Source of the DNA: Octopus sinensis
Taxonomy: Eukaryota
Length of the DNA: 64,000 nt
Assembly: GCF_006345805.1 (NCBI RefSeq)
Contig: NC_043005.1
Coordinates: 23,374,001 to 23,438,000 of the forward strand
Direction of reading: 5' to 3'
Positions within the stretch are counted from its first letter, which is position 1. Each line of letters opens with the position of its first letter. Shown here one piece after another: positions 39,530 to 52,735 of this stretch. The notes under the pieces are model-generated. The model was given only the letters and a program-made list of their open reading frames with translations, did no database searches and had not been told where the DNA came from. The position numbers and the translations under genes are program-made.

Positions 39530-40100
39530 TGGGCACAGGACATAAAAAAAAAAACGTCGAACACAATGAGAAACGAAAACATGGAAACAAACTTTTTTTC
39601 AAACAACAAAAACACAGAGTACAAGACATACAACACAAGGAATATTCCCCTTCTTCAGTTGTCCCTGTTTCGTCTACTCCGCGTTTCAAAGGTAAGGACA
39701 AGACACGACTTCGTTGAAACAGTCCTTCCCGTAAAACAAATTAAATAAAATTTGGGATTTTTGCGGAGGAGTAAAAGTAGTAACAAGAACAAGACAGTAA
39801 GAAGTAAAAGACAGGACAAAGAGAATAACACAGTAAAAACAAACAAAGAGGGCTGTTAAGCCAAGACGATGGAAAAAATATTTTATATATATAGGTTATG
39901 AGAGGTAACGGTGTCATTGAGACCCAAAGGTGTCAGGTAATGTTGAATAAGTGCAATAGATGGACCGCAGTTAAGTTCCAGGTTCGGTGATTATGCGAAT
40001 AAGGGGTTTAACATTGGTCATATGTCAGTGTGTGTATATAAAAATTCTATTTCGTAATGAGATAAAAACACCAAGGCTGTGTAGATTTTAGAACATTTAT
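39530..40100 (-). mobile_element. Penelope-like element 3' end / pLTR fragment
   Basis: Minus-strand frameshifted EIEFYIH..PMLNP resembles the GIY-YIG C-terminal E..YI....P.LN motif, followed by a CpG-retaining T-rich pLTR-like tail, flanked by (TA)n. Confidence 0.5.
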
Positions 40101-40108
40101 AGATAGAA

Positions 40109-40142
<34 letters not shown>

Positions 40143-40189
40143 AACAAAGTCAAAATGCGATAAAATATATAGAACATTTATAGATAGAA

Positions 40190-40255
<66 letters not shown>

Positions 40256-40602
40256 GAAGGTAGTCTTGCTTTCTCCTCAGTAATTTTGAAGTTCTAACCC
40301 CTAGAGAGGACATAAGGTTTGACAGCTGGAGGATAATAATTTCAAACCAGTTATGTTCCCTTCAAGTTTATAGTAAGAACCTTGTATTTTTTCTTAGTTG
40401 CATGATTACAGATATATAAACATTCTGACTGCACTGAAGCTGAATGAAACTCCTCTAGTTTGGAACTGTGATATTTTTATTAGTCCTACATATTGTATTG
40501 CAGTATTATAACCACAACATTGTTTTTGAGAGGGACTAAATATATGTTTTTATATAGAGTTAAGTTGTAACTCAAGTAGAGTTACAACAAAGAAGCTTGT
40601 GA

Positions 40603-40722
40603 TGGCGAACTGGCAGAGACGTTAGCACGCCGGGTGAAATGCTTTGCAGTATTACATCTGCTGTTACATTCTGAGTTCAAATACTGCTGAGGTTGACTTT
40701 GCCTTTCATCCTTTTGGGTTTG
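40603..40722 (+). mobile_element. SINE (second family) 5' half, interrupted by a Helitron
   Basis: tggcgaactggcagagacgttagcacgccgggtgaaatgc..ttctgagttcaaatactgctgaggttgactttgcctttcatcc. Confidence 0.85.
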
Positions 40723-40749
40723 ATTTGTATTCTGCGATATATATATATA

Positions 40750-41136
40750 TATATATTATATAAAATCCATTCTGTCTGTCTGTGTGTGTCTTCTAGGATC
40801 TCGGGCATCCTCCATCCGATTGCGCTCAAATTTGATATGTAGATACCAACAGTATCAGGGCGTGTATAAGTCTTGAAAAAATTACAAAAATCGATTTCAG
40901 GTGAGAATGCGATAGATAAAGCTGTGGGAACGTGCATTTGTACGTGCAAGTACATCAGCTGTTGCAATTAATACTATGCATACACAAGAAAAATGCATGT
41001 GCAGTTTGCGCAAAAAAAGCTGGCAGGCTTGAAATAATGCTACAAAATGGGATGGTCGGACAAGTTGTTTCGAGAAAATTTGGTTTAAATGTTTGACAAC
41101 TCAGCACCGTCCATTGGACAGGGGGTGTTTTGCTCG
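40750..41136 (+). mobile_element. non-autonomous Helitron
   Basis: 5' tatataaaatccattctgtctgtctgtgtgtg (typical Helitron-N start); 3' hairpin ccgtccattggacagg then ctcg-t (CTAG-like end). Confidence 0.65.
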
Positions 41137-41151
41137 TGTATATATATATAT

Positions 41152-41262
41152 CACCGTGACCAACCAGGCTATCAGATGTTGCTACACATCGCTGGTCACA
41201 ATGCGCTTCACATTGTTTTAGTCTTCAAATGATGCCACCCCGCTGGCTACGTGAGCAGTCCA
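41152..41262 (-). mobile_element. CpG-retaining interspersed repeat fragment, probably a LINE 3' end
   Basis: 110-bp GC-richer island between (TA)n runs; assignment from memory only. Confidence 0.4.
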
Positions 41263-41719
41263 ATATATATATATATATACACACACACATAAATGTATTT
41301 GTGTGTTTGCTTATATCTGTGATGACTTGTATGAAAGTTACAGCAGATGGAATTATTGTCAGTTTTCCTGTGATCAAATCATCTGGTCACTGTGTCTTTA
41401 AAACAATGTGGAATAAGAGAGTCCTTATCTGAGCAAACAGGTGAATATCAGGCACAGCATCAGGCTGTAAAATAATACCTCAAATAACATAGTTGTCCAA
41501 ATCATGGAAGCATAGCAAAATGGATGTAAAAGAAACAAATGACTAGTAAGAAGGGAGAAGAATGAACAAATATAAAAATAATGATGATGATGACAATAAT
41601 GACACACATGCACACACACATAGACACACACTTTGTTGCATGTGTCCGACTGACCTCTAATTATCTGACAATCCAAAAGGGAATTTTTAATTATTTTTTA
41701 AAAAATTCCAGTTGCATTA

Positions 41720-42350
41720 TAATGGAAGGCAAGGTTTACGATCTCGGGAGAATATCGCCTTCCTCCATTATTTCTTTTTGTTCTTCGTGTAGTTCAGGCT
41801 CCGGCAGGCGAAGCGAGTACAAGTTTCACGGGATAGGTAAAGTGTGCTGCTCTCAGCAACCATCTTTAGCTGTGTGCGTTGTGTAGTAGCTCCATTAATG
41901 CGGGCACATTGCCTCTGGATGTACAACATACAGACAGGCCCGGCCAATGGAGTGCACTCAGCAAGCGCTGCAGCTAAGAGGCGGCAAAAGAGGAAGAATC
42001 TCAATCTGTTTTGCTCTTATATACAGTTAGCCATTGTGAGCCTCGTTGTTATCTTGTGCATAGCAAATGGATGCAGGTGAGATTTTGCTCCAGTCTCGGA
42101 GATGGCAATGGCTGCTGTGAGATCTCATCCAATATGGCACTGACTGATTGTGCCACTACAGCCTCTCCGTATATTTACTCTTTATCTACTCAGTTTTACC
42201 TTGTCCTTATATCTCCTCAGTACTATCCACACCCTTCAGTGAGAAATTCTTTTTCCCGCCAGATGAAGAGACACACAAGAAATGTTTGGTTCATCCTCCC
42301 TTCATGGCATACAAACTTATCCAAAATCATGCGCTCCTTTGAATAATTCT
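41720..42350 (-). mobile_element. possible Tc1-like transposase N-terminal remnant
   Basis: KITTR..QNRLRFFLFCRLLAAALAECT..PVCMLYIQRQC and TRFACRSLNYTKNKKK*WRKAIFS resemble the Tc1 HTH and RL.FA..H..WT...W.KV.FSDE motifs. Confidence 0.4.
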
Positions 42351-42552
42351 AATAGCATACTACCATTTCTCTCCCTTGCTTTTTCTTTCAATTTATTACT
42401 AAGAATTCTCCCCAACCAAAATATTTATTTCAGTATTTCCTCTTTTCTACTTTAAAAAGAAGAAAACTTCGATGAAAACCTTCATCAATGTTGATGGCTG
42501 AGAAGTCACAGTGCCTGCAATAGATGTTTTGTTGTGTCTGACTATCTCAACC

Positions 42553-42706
42553 CACTAGCATAGCCAGGGTGGGTACCACCAAGGGCAGCCGTTCAGTTTG
42601 CTGCCTCTGGGCACTCACAAAAAAATATTGCTTACAGCAGACCCAAAAGTGGTGCCATCCAAGGCAGACCACCCACACACTTTGCTACCTTCTAGCTGTG
42701 CTAGTG
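42553..42706. mobile_element. hAT (Tip100-like) MITE
   Basis: TIRs cactagcatagccag / ctagctgtgctagtg; 8-bp TSD tctcaacc / tctcagcc (7/8). Confidence 0.8.
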
Positions 42707-43699
42707 TCTCAGCCTGCCTAAGCTCCATCCCTACTTCATGTTTTAGTTATAAATATTAGAAACAATAGTCAAATACAGAAATGGCAGAGCAAAATCAAAA
42801 ACTTGTTTTTAATTCTTTTGTTTGGCTAAAGAAAATAGCTTTCAATTTTTTTTTTTATATTAGTCAAAGACAGGATCTGCCTGGTGAACTCAATACAGTT
42901 GACATTCAACATGAACTTCTGTAGGGCAAAGGTCAGTGTTCCCATTTAAATTTTGAAATAATGAATTCTTTTGTTGTTTGTTATCAAATGATCTCCACGT
43001 TCAGATTATATAGAACAATCTGTTTTAACTACACAAGTCCCTAAAGTGTCATTAAAGAAACATTTGAATGGGATTTGTTGACACGGTTGCCAATAATGGG
43101 GTACAAAATCTTTAAGCGACAAAATTTCTTATGATAAACCAGAAAAATCATTCAGGTAGACATTTAGCTCTCAGCTTTCATTCATGTTTCCTGGAGTGGG
43201 CTGAACTTAAGGCTAAACTTACGAATTTGTTCAAAGAATTCTTTGTTTAGAAAAGCAATTTGGTCCTTTGATTAGCGAGTTGAACAAAAATTGAAATTTT
43301 GTGGTTCTCTTTTAAACTTGTACTAGGTTATACAACGAAGCATAACTGATTTCTCTCTCTCTTTCTCTCCCTCCATCCCCCCTCTCTCTTTCCCTCCCCT
43401 TCACACACACTCACAATGCTTTTAAATTCTGGTGTTAAAAAAATACCTTTGCTCTAACTTGACTACAATTGAAAAAAGACTAAAGAGGAACTAACAAAAT
43501 GGTATTTCGAGGAATATTAGCAGATGAAATCCAAAGACCAAGCTTTGGTAACACAATAGTGTTAATAAAGATTTCAAATGTAGGCACAACTACACTTTAA
43601 GAGAAGGTGTAGGTAATTATATTAACCCCAGTATTTAACTAGTATTTATTCTATTGACCACAGCAGAATCAATATCCTAAAACCACCTTATCAATTCAT

Positions 43700-44495
43700 A
43701 TTCATGAAAAGCTCTGCTCTGTCAACTTTCCCCCCCCCCCATCCACATTTCATCCCAAACACCCACCGCTTCCTCTATCACCTGAAAGCAGAATAGGCAC
43801 ATACTACACCTACTAGCTTTCTTAGTTACTGCTGCTGCCTCCCAGTTACCTTTCTTCCTTCACCTACTGTCTCCATCAATCACCTCCTCTCTGTGTTGTT
43901 TTCTGTTGCCAACTCCTGGCTTACCTGTTCCCACCCTCAATGCCCTCTCATATCTAATGTAAACCCTGCTCCCTGCCCACCAGTCTCTCCTATATTTCTC
44001 TCTTTCATTTGCTGCAGTCTTCTCAATCCTCCCCACTCACCCAACCCAATCCTCTCACTACCCCCAATGTCCCTCAAGGGCATATCCTAACACAGCCATC
44101 ATCTCTCTCACTATCACTCTCCAGCTCACTCTCCTTTCTACTCTGCAGCAAAACACCTATATCTATCCCCTCTATCCCTTAAATCCCTCACAACTGGCAA
44201 AAAGCTACATACACTCAATACTATTCCCCACTCCCAGCTGAGGGTTTTTTTTATGTTGCAAGGTACTTGATGACAGTGTCAGTGTTGGTGCCACATTAAA
44301 AGCACTGGTGCTGGTGCAACGTAAAAAAAGTACCCAACACGCTCTGTAAAGTTGTTGGCATTAGGAAGAGTATCTAACTGGGGAAACCCTACCAAAATGG
44401 ACAATGGAACCTGGCATGACTCCTAGCCTTGTTAGCTGCTGTCAACCCATCCAATCCATACCTGCATGGTAAAAGGATGTGAAATAATGATGGTG
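43700..44495 (+). mobile_element. RTE-like pyrimidine-rich 3' UTR and tail
   Basis: C/T-rich tract, then ggtgccacattaaaagcact, ctctgtaaagttgttggcattaggaag and tccaatccatacctgcatgg. Confidence 0.6.
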
Positions 44496-46655
44496 ATAAC
44501 AAAACAATGAAAAGCAAAGTTTACCACAGAAAGAATTGAACTCAAGACCTAAAGGGTCGTAATTAAATATCATAATTAACTGCTGCAAGTATTTTTATTG
44601 ACCATGCTACTAATTCTGTGAACCCATCACCCTTTTTGTTAATGACAAGAAAATAAAGAGAAACATGAAGTCAAAACTCCAACGAGCCACTTGTTATTTG
44701 TCAGAAGTCTATTAATTGGTCAGTTAATGATGGTATGTAAGGAGAGTCACAAGAATTGATAGTTTAATAATGGTAATGATTGGTACAAATCACATTGGAA
44801 ATAAAAGAGAAAAGATGTATGTTGGTTAGAGCCATGAGACAAAGGATGGTTTTCTTTGGAGAAGTATATGTACAAGTGTACCTATACATTAAAAGAATTA
44901 ACACTAAACTGTTGTACTTTATGTAAATGCTGCTTTTGAATTATCTTATTTCTAAAGAATTCTATTTTCCTACACCAATAAATGTGCAATCTTGTTCATA
45001 CAGTCATCTTTCCATTAAAACTTTAGCAAGTACAGTTCATATTGACCAAGTATGTCCAGAATTTACCACTCACATTTTTTGAAAAAAATGAATGTAATAT
45101 TACTCATTCTCTAATACTGTGTTTGACTCAGAACATATTTATTTGCATCTAAATTTTTAATGTAGCATCCATTAAACATGTTAACACTTGCTTTCATATC
45201 AATGGTTAGTCTACAAATTAAGTATCAGTGCAGTTAGTCTATCTTTGTATTAAATATGTTAACACTTACATACTACTTATCAGTAGTACCTGTTACCACC
45301 CTCAATGCCCTCTCATATCTAATGTAAACCCTTACAACAGGTAAACCAATGGCAAAATCTCTGCAAGAAATAGCAGCCAAATCACATATCCAAGCATCTT
45401 TGAAAAAAGGAAGTATAAATCATTGGTTTTTGTAGTCATATGAGATTTATCACTAATCTTATCAAACAAAGCTTTCTTCAATTTGATAGAGGTGTTCCAG
45501 TATGGCCATGGCCATGATGATCAAAATAAAGTGAAGAGTTAATTTTGTTTATTTGTGGATATATAAAAATAATTTCATTTCCTTGTTAAAATGCTTCTTT
45601 AGATTAGCTTCATTGAACTTCAATGAGAATTAAAACAATGGCCGTCTTATTTTAGGTAGAATTTAGGTCAAGGCTATACAAAGATTCCAAATTTTGAGTG
45701 GTCTGACATTGTTTCTCATTTTAATTACAAAAATTTTTCAGGACTTCTCAGAGTATAAAAAAATTTGTCTTATTTTACATTTTCAGATGCCCTGAAAAAA
45801 TAGTGGGTCATATACCCTATGATATACCCTATCATCCCCTTCCTTAATTAAACAGTAAAAAAAAAAAAAAAAAACAGCAACTTTGCTGTTCTTTAAATCA
45901 CATCCTACTGGCTTGAAAAAGGAAAGACACATTGAATAATGTAATCCTGGATACACTATTCCGGAAAAAAAAAACTCATTAAAATATTGCAATATAATCA
46001 TAGCTGGAACTCCTTTGATCATAGATCAGCTCTGTCAGGGTTGACTTGGGGCTAAACAACAACAAAAACACGATATTGGTAATAATGTCCATCAGTCTTA
46101 ACAATAAGTATTCAATTGTTCAACTAACTGAATTCTTACTTGTGAAATTTATATGTAAGTGGTTGAGTATTCCAAAAGCACATGTCCTCCCTTAGTGTAA
46201 TTCTCTGGCTAAATCAGCATGACACAATGTGGTAAAGCTGGGCTGGATCTTTGAATTAGAGATATAACTCAAAAAGAAAGAGAAGAGAATAATTAATTCC
46301 AGTGTTCAACTGATACTTTAATTCACAGCCCTAGAAGATTTGAACTGGAATATATATTTGAACTGGAATATATATTTCCTTGGATGTTGTGGACAAGGCT
46401 GTATATTACATGCAATGCTTTAATAATTCTGTCAGTTTCTATGTTATAAGTTAGTAAATATTATTTAGATTGTCCTGAATGAGCCAGTGTGGCTAGAACT
46501 GATTGAGTATCAGGGTGATAACCACAAAGCCAACAGTTCAAAGGCTATCATTAGTTCTTATGGCCCCCTCAACTGGTTTCCATGTGTCCTCTGGAGGTCC
46601 ATATAAGATTTTGTTATTGAAATTTTTCTGCAATAAATTGGTTATACTCTAACAG

Positions 46656-46880
46656 TACTCTTTTACTTGTTCCAGTCATTTGACTGTGGCCATGCTGGAG
46701 CACTGTCTTTAGTCGAGCAAATCAACCGCAGGACTTATACTTTGTAAGCCTAGTACTTATCCTATTGGTCTCTTTTGCCGAACCACTAAGTTACGGGGAC
46801 GTAAACACACCAGCATTGGTTGTCAAGCAATGTTGGGGGGACAAACACAGATACACAAACATATACACAGACACACACAT

Positions 46881-46927
<47 letters not shown>

Positions 46928-47103
46928 CATATATATATACAACGGGCTTCTTTCAGTTTCTATCTACCAAATCCACTCACAAGGCTTTGGTTGGCCCGAG
47001 GCTATAGTAGAAGACACTTGCCCAAGGTGCCACGCAGTGGGACTGAGCCCGGAACCATGTAGTTGGTAAGCAAGCTACTTACCACACAGCAACTCCTATG
47101 CCT
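46656..47103 (-). mobile_element. full-length tRNA-derived octopus-type SINE
   Basis: Close similarity to 49361-49799 and 51826-51960, and to the reverse complement of 10951-11328; internal (CA)/(TA) microsatellite. Confidence 0.93.
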
Positions 47104-48021
47104 ACGTACATAAAATATTTTTGATAGTTTATACAATTCCTAGTAAAATTTAATTATAAAAATACAGGGTTTTTTTTAATATATATCGATCAGATTGGAA
47201 CCTGGTACAGTCTCCTGGCTTGCCAGTCCTCAGTCAAACTGTCCAACCCATGCCAGCATGGAAAGTGGACATTAAACGATGATGATAATGATGATGATGA
47301 TTGAATGACTATGGAGACCCCAAAGAGTAAAATAGGAATGAAAGGGGGCCCATAAGCAAAACATGGTTGAGAACCAGTGATCTATGTTATGGAAGCATTT
47401 CATTCTTGAAAATCTTGCTGTAACATAGAATTCTATAATGCATAACCTATTCCATTGATTCCATGTTATGTGGAAGCCCAGGAACAAGGAAATCAATGGC
47501 AAAATATCTCTTATGTTACCAAATTCCATGTTGTGGCAGGATTTCTAAGCATGCAACATTTCCATAATACAGGTGATAGCTGTGCTTGGATGGCCACAAA
47601 TGGAATGTTCTTGATGCTTGGTCAGCTCTATCAGAATTGGTTTGGGGCTAAACAATAGCATCAGTCACAACACACATCTGCTTGAAGTGACACAGTCGAG
47701 GCAGGTTACTTATTCTTGATTTGAAATTTAATAATTATTTCTAAGAGTTTGTTGATTAACTAATGTTTAAGTATGGAGGTTTCTCTCATAAATTCTATTT
47801 ATTCAGTACACAGCATTTGGACAAGTGGGGCCTCTATTGAGGTTTTATTAATGATTTGCTTTGTTCTGTTTTTCTCTCCACCTTCTCACCTCTTTATTTG
47901 ATGCTTTGATACCCTTTCTCCTCTGTTTTTCTTCTTTTATACCTATCTCTCCTCCTGCTTCCCTCTGCCTCCATCTCTCTGACTATCTGTCTCTCTATCT
48001 CTGTCTGACTATCTGTCAGCC

Positions 48022-48067
<46 letters not shown>

Positions 48068-48394
48068 CCAAACACCCTTTTGAGTGAACATACCAAATTC
48101 ATACACATACTACAAGTGAGGAAACCTCTATGTGGTTGTTCTGTCTACTAGAAATAGCAACTAAATCCTCTCTATTATCTAAAACAAGAATAAAATAGGG
48201 ACGTGTTGGAAAATGTAGTCTTAGATACCTATAAAAAAAAAAGGTGGTGGCCACTACTGAAATGCTTTTGATCATAGGTCTGCCTAGTCATGACCGAACT
48301 GGGGTTACACAACAAAAACTATACATTATTATCACCAAGATTGTGACCACCACCATAAGCTATAATTTTAAATGGTTTATGGTATTTTGTACCA

Positions 48395-48566
48395 CTGCCA
48401 CGTTGCTGCTGCCACCACCACAACTACTGTCACCACTGCCACCACCACCACTGCCACCGCCACTGCCGCCGCCACCACCACTACCGCCACCATCACCGCC
48501 GCCGCCGCCGCCACCACCACCACCACCGCCACCACCACCACCGCTACCACCATCATCACCACAACT
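48395..48566 (+). repeat. (CCA/CCG)n triplet repeat
   Basis: Directly visible; explains the poly-P, poly-G and poly-T ORFs. Confidence 0.95.
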
Positions 48567-49077
48567 ATAAGCTATGCTTCTGAATTTTAAATATTTTCGA
48601 TAAATCTTGTAGTTCCTGTTTTGGGAATATTTTTTTTCTTCCACAGAATCTCTGAGATGAGTCATAGGCAATAAACGACCTACCACAGTGATACATAGGG
48701 AGCTGCACTGTTGCTCTGTAGGCGAAGAACACTGCTAACAACATCTGGAAGAAGTCATGTAAAATGACCACCAGGAAAGGAGCATCTCACATCTTTCAAA
48801 TCATAGCTAGCTCTTCTTGCCTCTTGCTAAGATGGTTTCACACTGCCTTTCCAAATTCAGTTTGACTTCTGAACTAAGCAGTGAGGGAAGCTTCATTTAC
48901 TTTTTTACTATTTTACTTTACTTGGAAACAGGTGGGGGTTTCCACGTAAAGGTGGGCATCCAATCAGAGATAATCTGCCTCATCAAATTTCATCTGACCT
49001 GTGCAAACATAAAAAAGCAGATGTTAAAAATGATGATGATGGTGGTGGTGGTGGTGGTGGTGATGTTGTTGTTATTG

Positions 49078-49109
<32 letters not shown>

Positions 49110-49360
49110 GGTGTCTGCATTCATTGAACTGTGGCCATATTAGGGCAACACCTTCACAAGATTAAAGTGGGCCAACTACCAGATATAATCTTTTGCTATT
49201 TTCATTGTTGGAGCAACACCTTGCAAAGTTTAAAGTGGGAAGACTACAAATAAGCTACAAATATACTCTTACCATTTTCAGTCATTGGACTGTGGTCATA
49301 CTGGGGCAACAGCTTCAAAACCCAATATATACTCTTTTACTGCCTTCAATTATTGGATTA

Positions 49361-49559
49361 TACTCTTTACTTGTTTCATTCATTTGACTGTGGCCATGCT
49401 GGAGCACTGCCTTTTAGTCGAGCAAATCAACCCCAGGACTTATTCTTTGTAAGCCTAGTACTTATTCTATTGGTCTCTTTTGCTGAACTGCTAAGTTACG
49501 AGGATGTAAACACACCGGCATTGGTTGTGTTGGGACAAACACAGACACACAAACATATA

Positions 49560-49623
<64 letters not shown>

Positions 49624-49799
49624 CATACATATATATGACGGGCTTCTTTCAGTTTCTATCTACCAAATCCACTCACAAGGCTTTGATCGGCCCTAGGCTA
49701 TAGTAGAAGATGCTTGCCCAAAGTGCCACACAGTAGGACTGAACCTGGAACCGTGTGGTTGGTAAGCAAGCTACTTACCACACAGCCACTCCTGTGCCT
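49361..49799 (-). mobile_element. full-length tRNA-derived octopus-type SINE
   Basis: Near-collinear with 46656-47103. Confidence 0.93.
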
Positions 49800-49814
49800 A
49801 TAAAAATAAATGTT

Positions 49815-50056
49815 CTTTCTCTAGCCATGCCAGGCTTATAAGGGCTGGTTTCCCGGTTTCAGTGGCGTAGAAATTCCCCACCTGGATGGGATGCCGGTCT
49901 GTTGCAGGATTACTCACTTTTGCCAGTTGAGTGGACTGGAGCAACATGAAATGAAGTGTTTTGCTCAAGAACACAATGCATTGTCTGGTCCAGGAATCGA
50001 AACCACAACCTTACGATCATGAGTTCAACACCCTAACCACTAAGCCATGCACCTCC
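49815..50056 (-). mobile_element. third tRNA-derived SINE family (V/Meta-SINE-like body)
   Basis: Minus strand: A box tggcttagtggtt, B box ggtttcgattcc, then gtgttcttgagcaaaacactt..gcatcccatccaggtgggg..gaaaccgggaaacc. Confidence 0.8.
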
Positions 50057-50192
50057 ACATGTCTATTCTAGAGCAGCAACTTCAAGAGCAAACAGCATAC
50101 TCTTTCCTTATTTTCACTCATGAGACTGTGGCCATATTAAAGCAAAACCTTTGATGTCATAGTCAATTATATTAACCCCAGTTTTTGTAGAC

Positions 50193-50393
50193 CAGTGGTT
50201 TTCAACCAGGGTTCCGCCAGTACAGTCCAGGGGTTCTGCAAGAAGTTACAAAACTGCTAAAATCAGCAGTAATTTTTAATTCTCCTGTGCAGATATGTGT
50301 GCATAAGACTATTAAATTATTGCACAGGGGTTCCTCGAGCCAGTGGAATGTTTCCTTGGGGTTCCGCTCCAGCAAAAAGTTTGAAAAGCACTG
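50193..50393. mobile_element. hAT (Charlie/Buster-type) MITE with perfect TSD
   Basis: TIRs cagtggttttcaa / ttgaaaagcactg; identical 8-bp TSD ttgtagac at 50185-50192 and 50394-50401. Confidence 0.95.
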
Positions 50394-51319
50394 TTGTAGA
50401 CCATAGTTTTTATTTTACCAAAGTCAACCTTTGATAGATGCTACCAAGTGCAGTTGCTCAACCAGCTTAGTTACCTCAATATATCAAGTATTTAATATTC
50501 TGCAGTTTAGTGATTATCCCAATCATTTCAGCATCATTGAAATACATTGTTTCTCTTTAGTCTTCATTCTCTGGTGCAACAAATGTAAATAAAATAAATA
50601 AAATAAAATAAAATAAAATAAAATAAAATAAAATTCAATAAAAACAAAGCAAGAACAAAAAGAAGCATCAACAAGCAATCCACACTAACAAACATGGTTG
50701 ATAAGAACTTGTGCAGATTCTATCAATTTGTTTGCTCATGAAGGAAGGCAAAGAATAGAACGCTATGAAGCTGGAAAGGGAATAAGAGAAAAAGGAAAAG
50801 AAAAAGAAAAAAAAAAGAGAAGCAGACAAGAAAATCAAAAACAAACCAAAACAAACTAAACAACAAGCATTTAAAACAAATGTACACATATATAAAAAAA
50901 AATAAAATAAAACCACAATGAGTTAACATGTTCTGAAGATTGAGAAAGCTGAAAGTGAGTCAGCAGTCTAAAGAAGCTGATCGCTGTTACAGTGAAAAAG
51001 ATTCCAAAATCAATGGAAGTTCTGCAAGTATTTTCAGAGGATGACCTGGATCTCCAGTGCAACAACATTTGCAATCCGGACTGACTGCAAGCAAGGTGAT
51101 TCATTTCTGCTGATTCCATAAAGAAGAGTATTTGAAACTGTTGAAGCTCAGTTTTGTTGTAGTTTGGGCCATTCTTGCAAGCGGCAACAGCACCAGTAGC
51201 AGACGCCAGCTCTTGCTCTATTTCCTCTTTTCCCATCTATTTCATTCTCTCTCCTTCTAAAATCAAAATCATTGCCAGTTTTCAGACTTTTTCTCTCTCT
51301 CTCACCTTCATTATCACCA

Positions 51320-51350
<31 letters not shown>

Positions 51351-51460
51351 CTTCTTCTTCTTCTTCTTCTTCTTCTCTTCTTCTTCTTCTTCTTCTTCTT
51401 CTTCTTCTTCTCCTCCTCCTCCTCCTCCTCCTCCCCCTCCCCTCCTCTTCCTCCTCTTCC
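51320..51460 (+). repeat. (TTC)n-(TCC)n microsatellite
   Basis: Directly visible. Confidence 0.97.
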
Positions 51461-51765
51461 TTTTCATTCACCTTTTTATTTCTTGGGTACACTTTTCCCC
51501 TAATTTAGACAATAAAACACACATACACGCGCGCACACACACACACACACATACACACCTGTATATTTGGTTCTTCTTGTTTCTCAATTTTCCTGTATTT
51601 TCTATCCATTATGGCAGATGCTATAATTAAAATCCTTCTTTCCCTGAATATGTATCCTTCTGGAATCATTTTCTCTGTCCATGCTTTACTTCTAAACACT
51701 ATCCCTACCCCATATATATGTATATATATATACACACATTTATGTAGAAATACACATATACACAC

Positions 51766-51797
<32 letters not shown>

Positions 51798-51825
51798 GTA
51801 TATACATATATACATATATATATAT

Positions 51826-51960
51826 ACGATGGGCTTCTTTCAGTTTCTGTCTACCAAATCCACTCACAAGGCTTTGGTCGGCCCGAGGCTATAGTAGAAG
51901 GCACTTGCCCAAGGTGCCACACAGTGGGACTGAACCCAGAACCATGTGGTTGGTAAGCAA
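51826..51960 (-). mobile_element. SINE fragment, cut off at 51960
   Basis: Matches 46940-47073. Confidence 0.9.
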
Positions 51961-52029
51961 ATCCAAACTTACAGGGAAAAAAATTAAATTTAGAAATACT
52001 AAATCAAATTTCACACAATATAATATAAA

Positions 52030-52132
52030 AAATTAGAAAAAAAACACCTTTTATCAATTCATTATAAGTAATTTTCTAGATGGTGTAATAATTGTTCATT
52101 TTGAATTGATAAAAGGTGGTTTTTTTCTAATT

Positions 52133-52133
<1 letters not shown>
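52030..52133. repeat. inverted repeat, 32-bp arms, 40-nt spacer
   Basis: aaattagaaaaaaaacaccttttatcaattca / tgaattgataaaaggtggtttttttctaattt. Confidence 0.9.
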
Positions 52134-52206
<73 letters not shown>

Positions 52207-52735
52207 GTATGTACATATATGTATATGCACATATATGTATATGTACATATGTGTGCGCACACACACACACATACACACACAGAAGCATAGCAGCGTGGTT
52301 TAGAAATTCTCTTGCAGCCATGTGATTTTGGGGTTTTGCTCCTGCTGCATGGTACAGTTGGCACATGCCTTGGGCTGACTAATGCTTTGTAAGCTAAATT
52401 GGTAGATAGACACTTTACAGAAGCCAGTTCATTTCACGTGGTGTGTGTGTGTGTCTAATGTGCATTTATTAATGATAGCTTTGCCGATGTTTGAGCCTCA
52501 GTGAGAAATTATGTGTCAGCCCATGATTCACCACAACAACAAATATGAAAGGAAAAGAAGTGAAAAATTGAAAGTGTGGTGCCTGAACTCACAATTTTTG
52601 AAAGCTTGTCTTCCATCTTTGAAATAACTCCTCAAGTTGCTGCATCCAGAAATTTGTTCCATTTATTAATTAAAAACCCTGGAAGTAGTGACTCACTTTG
52701 ACTCCTGTTCTGTGACTGAAACCAGTAAAAATAAA

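Noticed and set aside
46656-47103. tRNA gene candidates from A/B-box motifs
   Set aside because: These are SINE heads continuing into shared SINE bodies; no complete cloverleaf is evident
48244-48686. Poly-proline (formin-like) and poly-glycine ORFs
   Set aside because: Triplet microsatellite is open in most frames; flanks are repeat-derived
51148-51630. Poly-E/R/K/F/S ORFs
   Set aside because: (TTC)n and (TCC)n microsatellite translations
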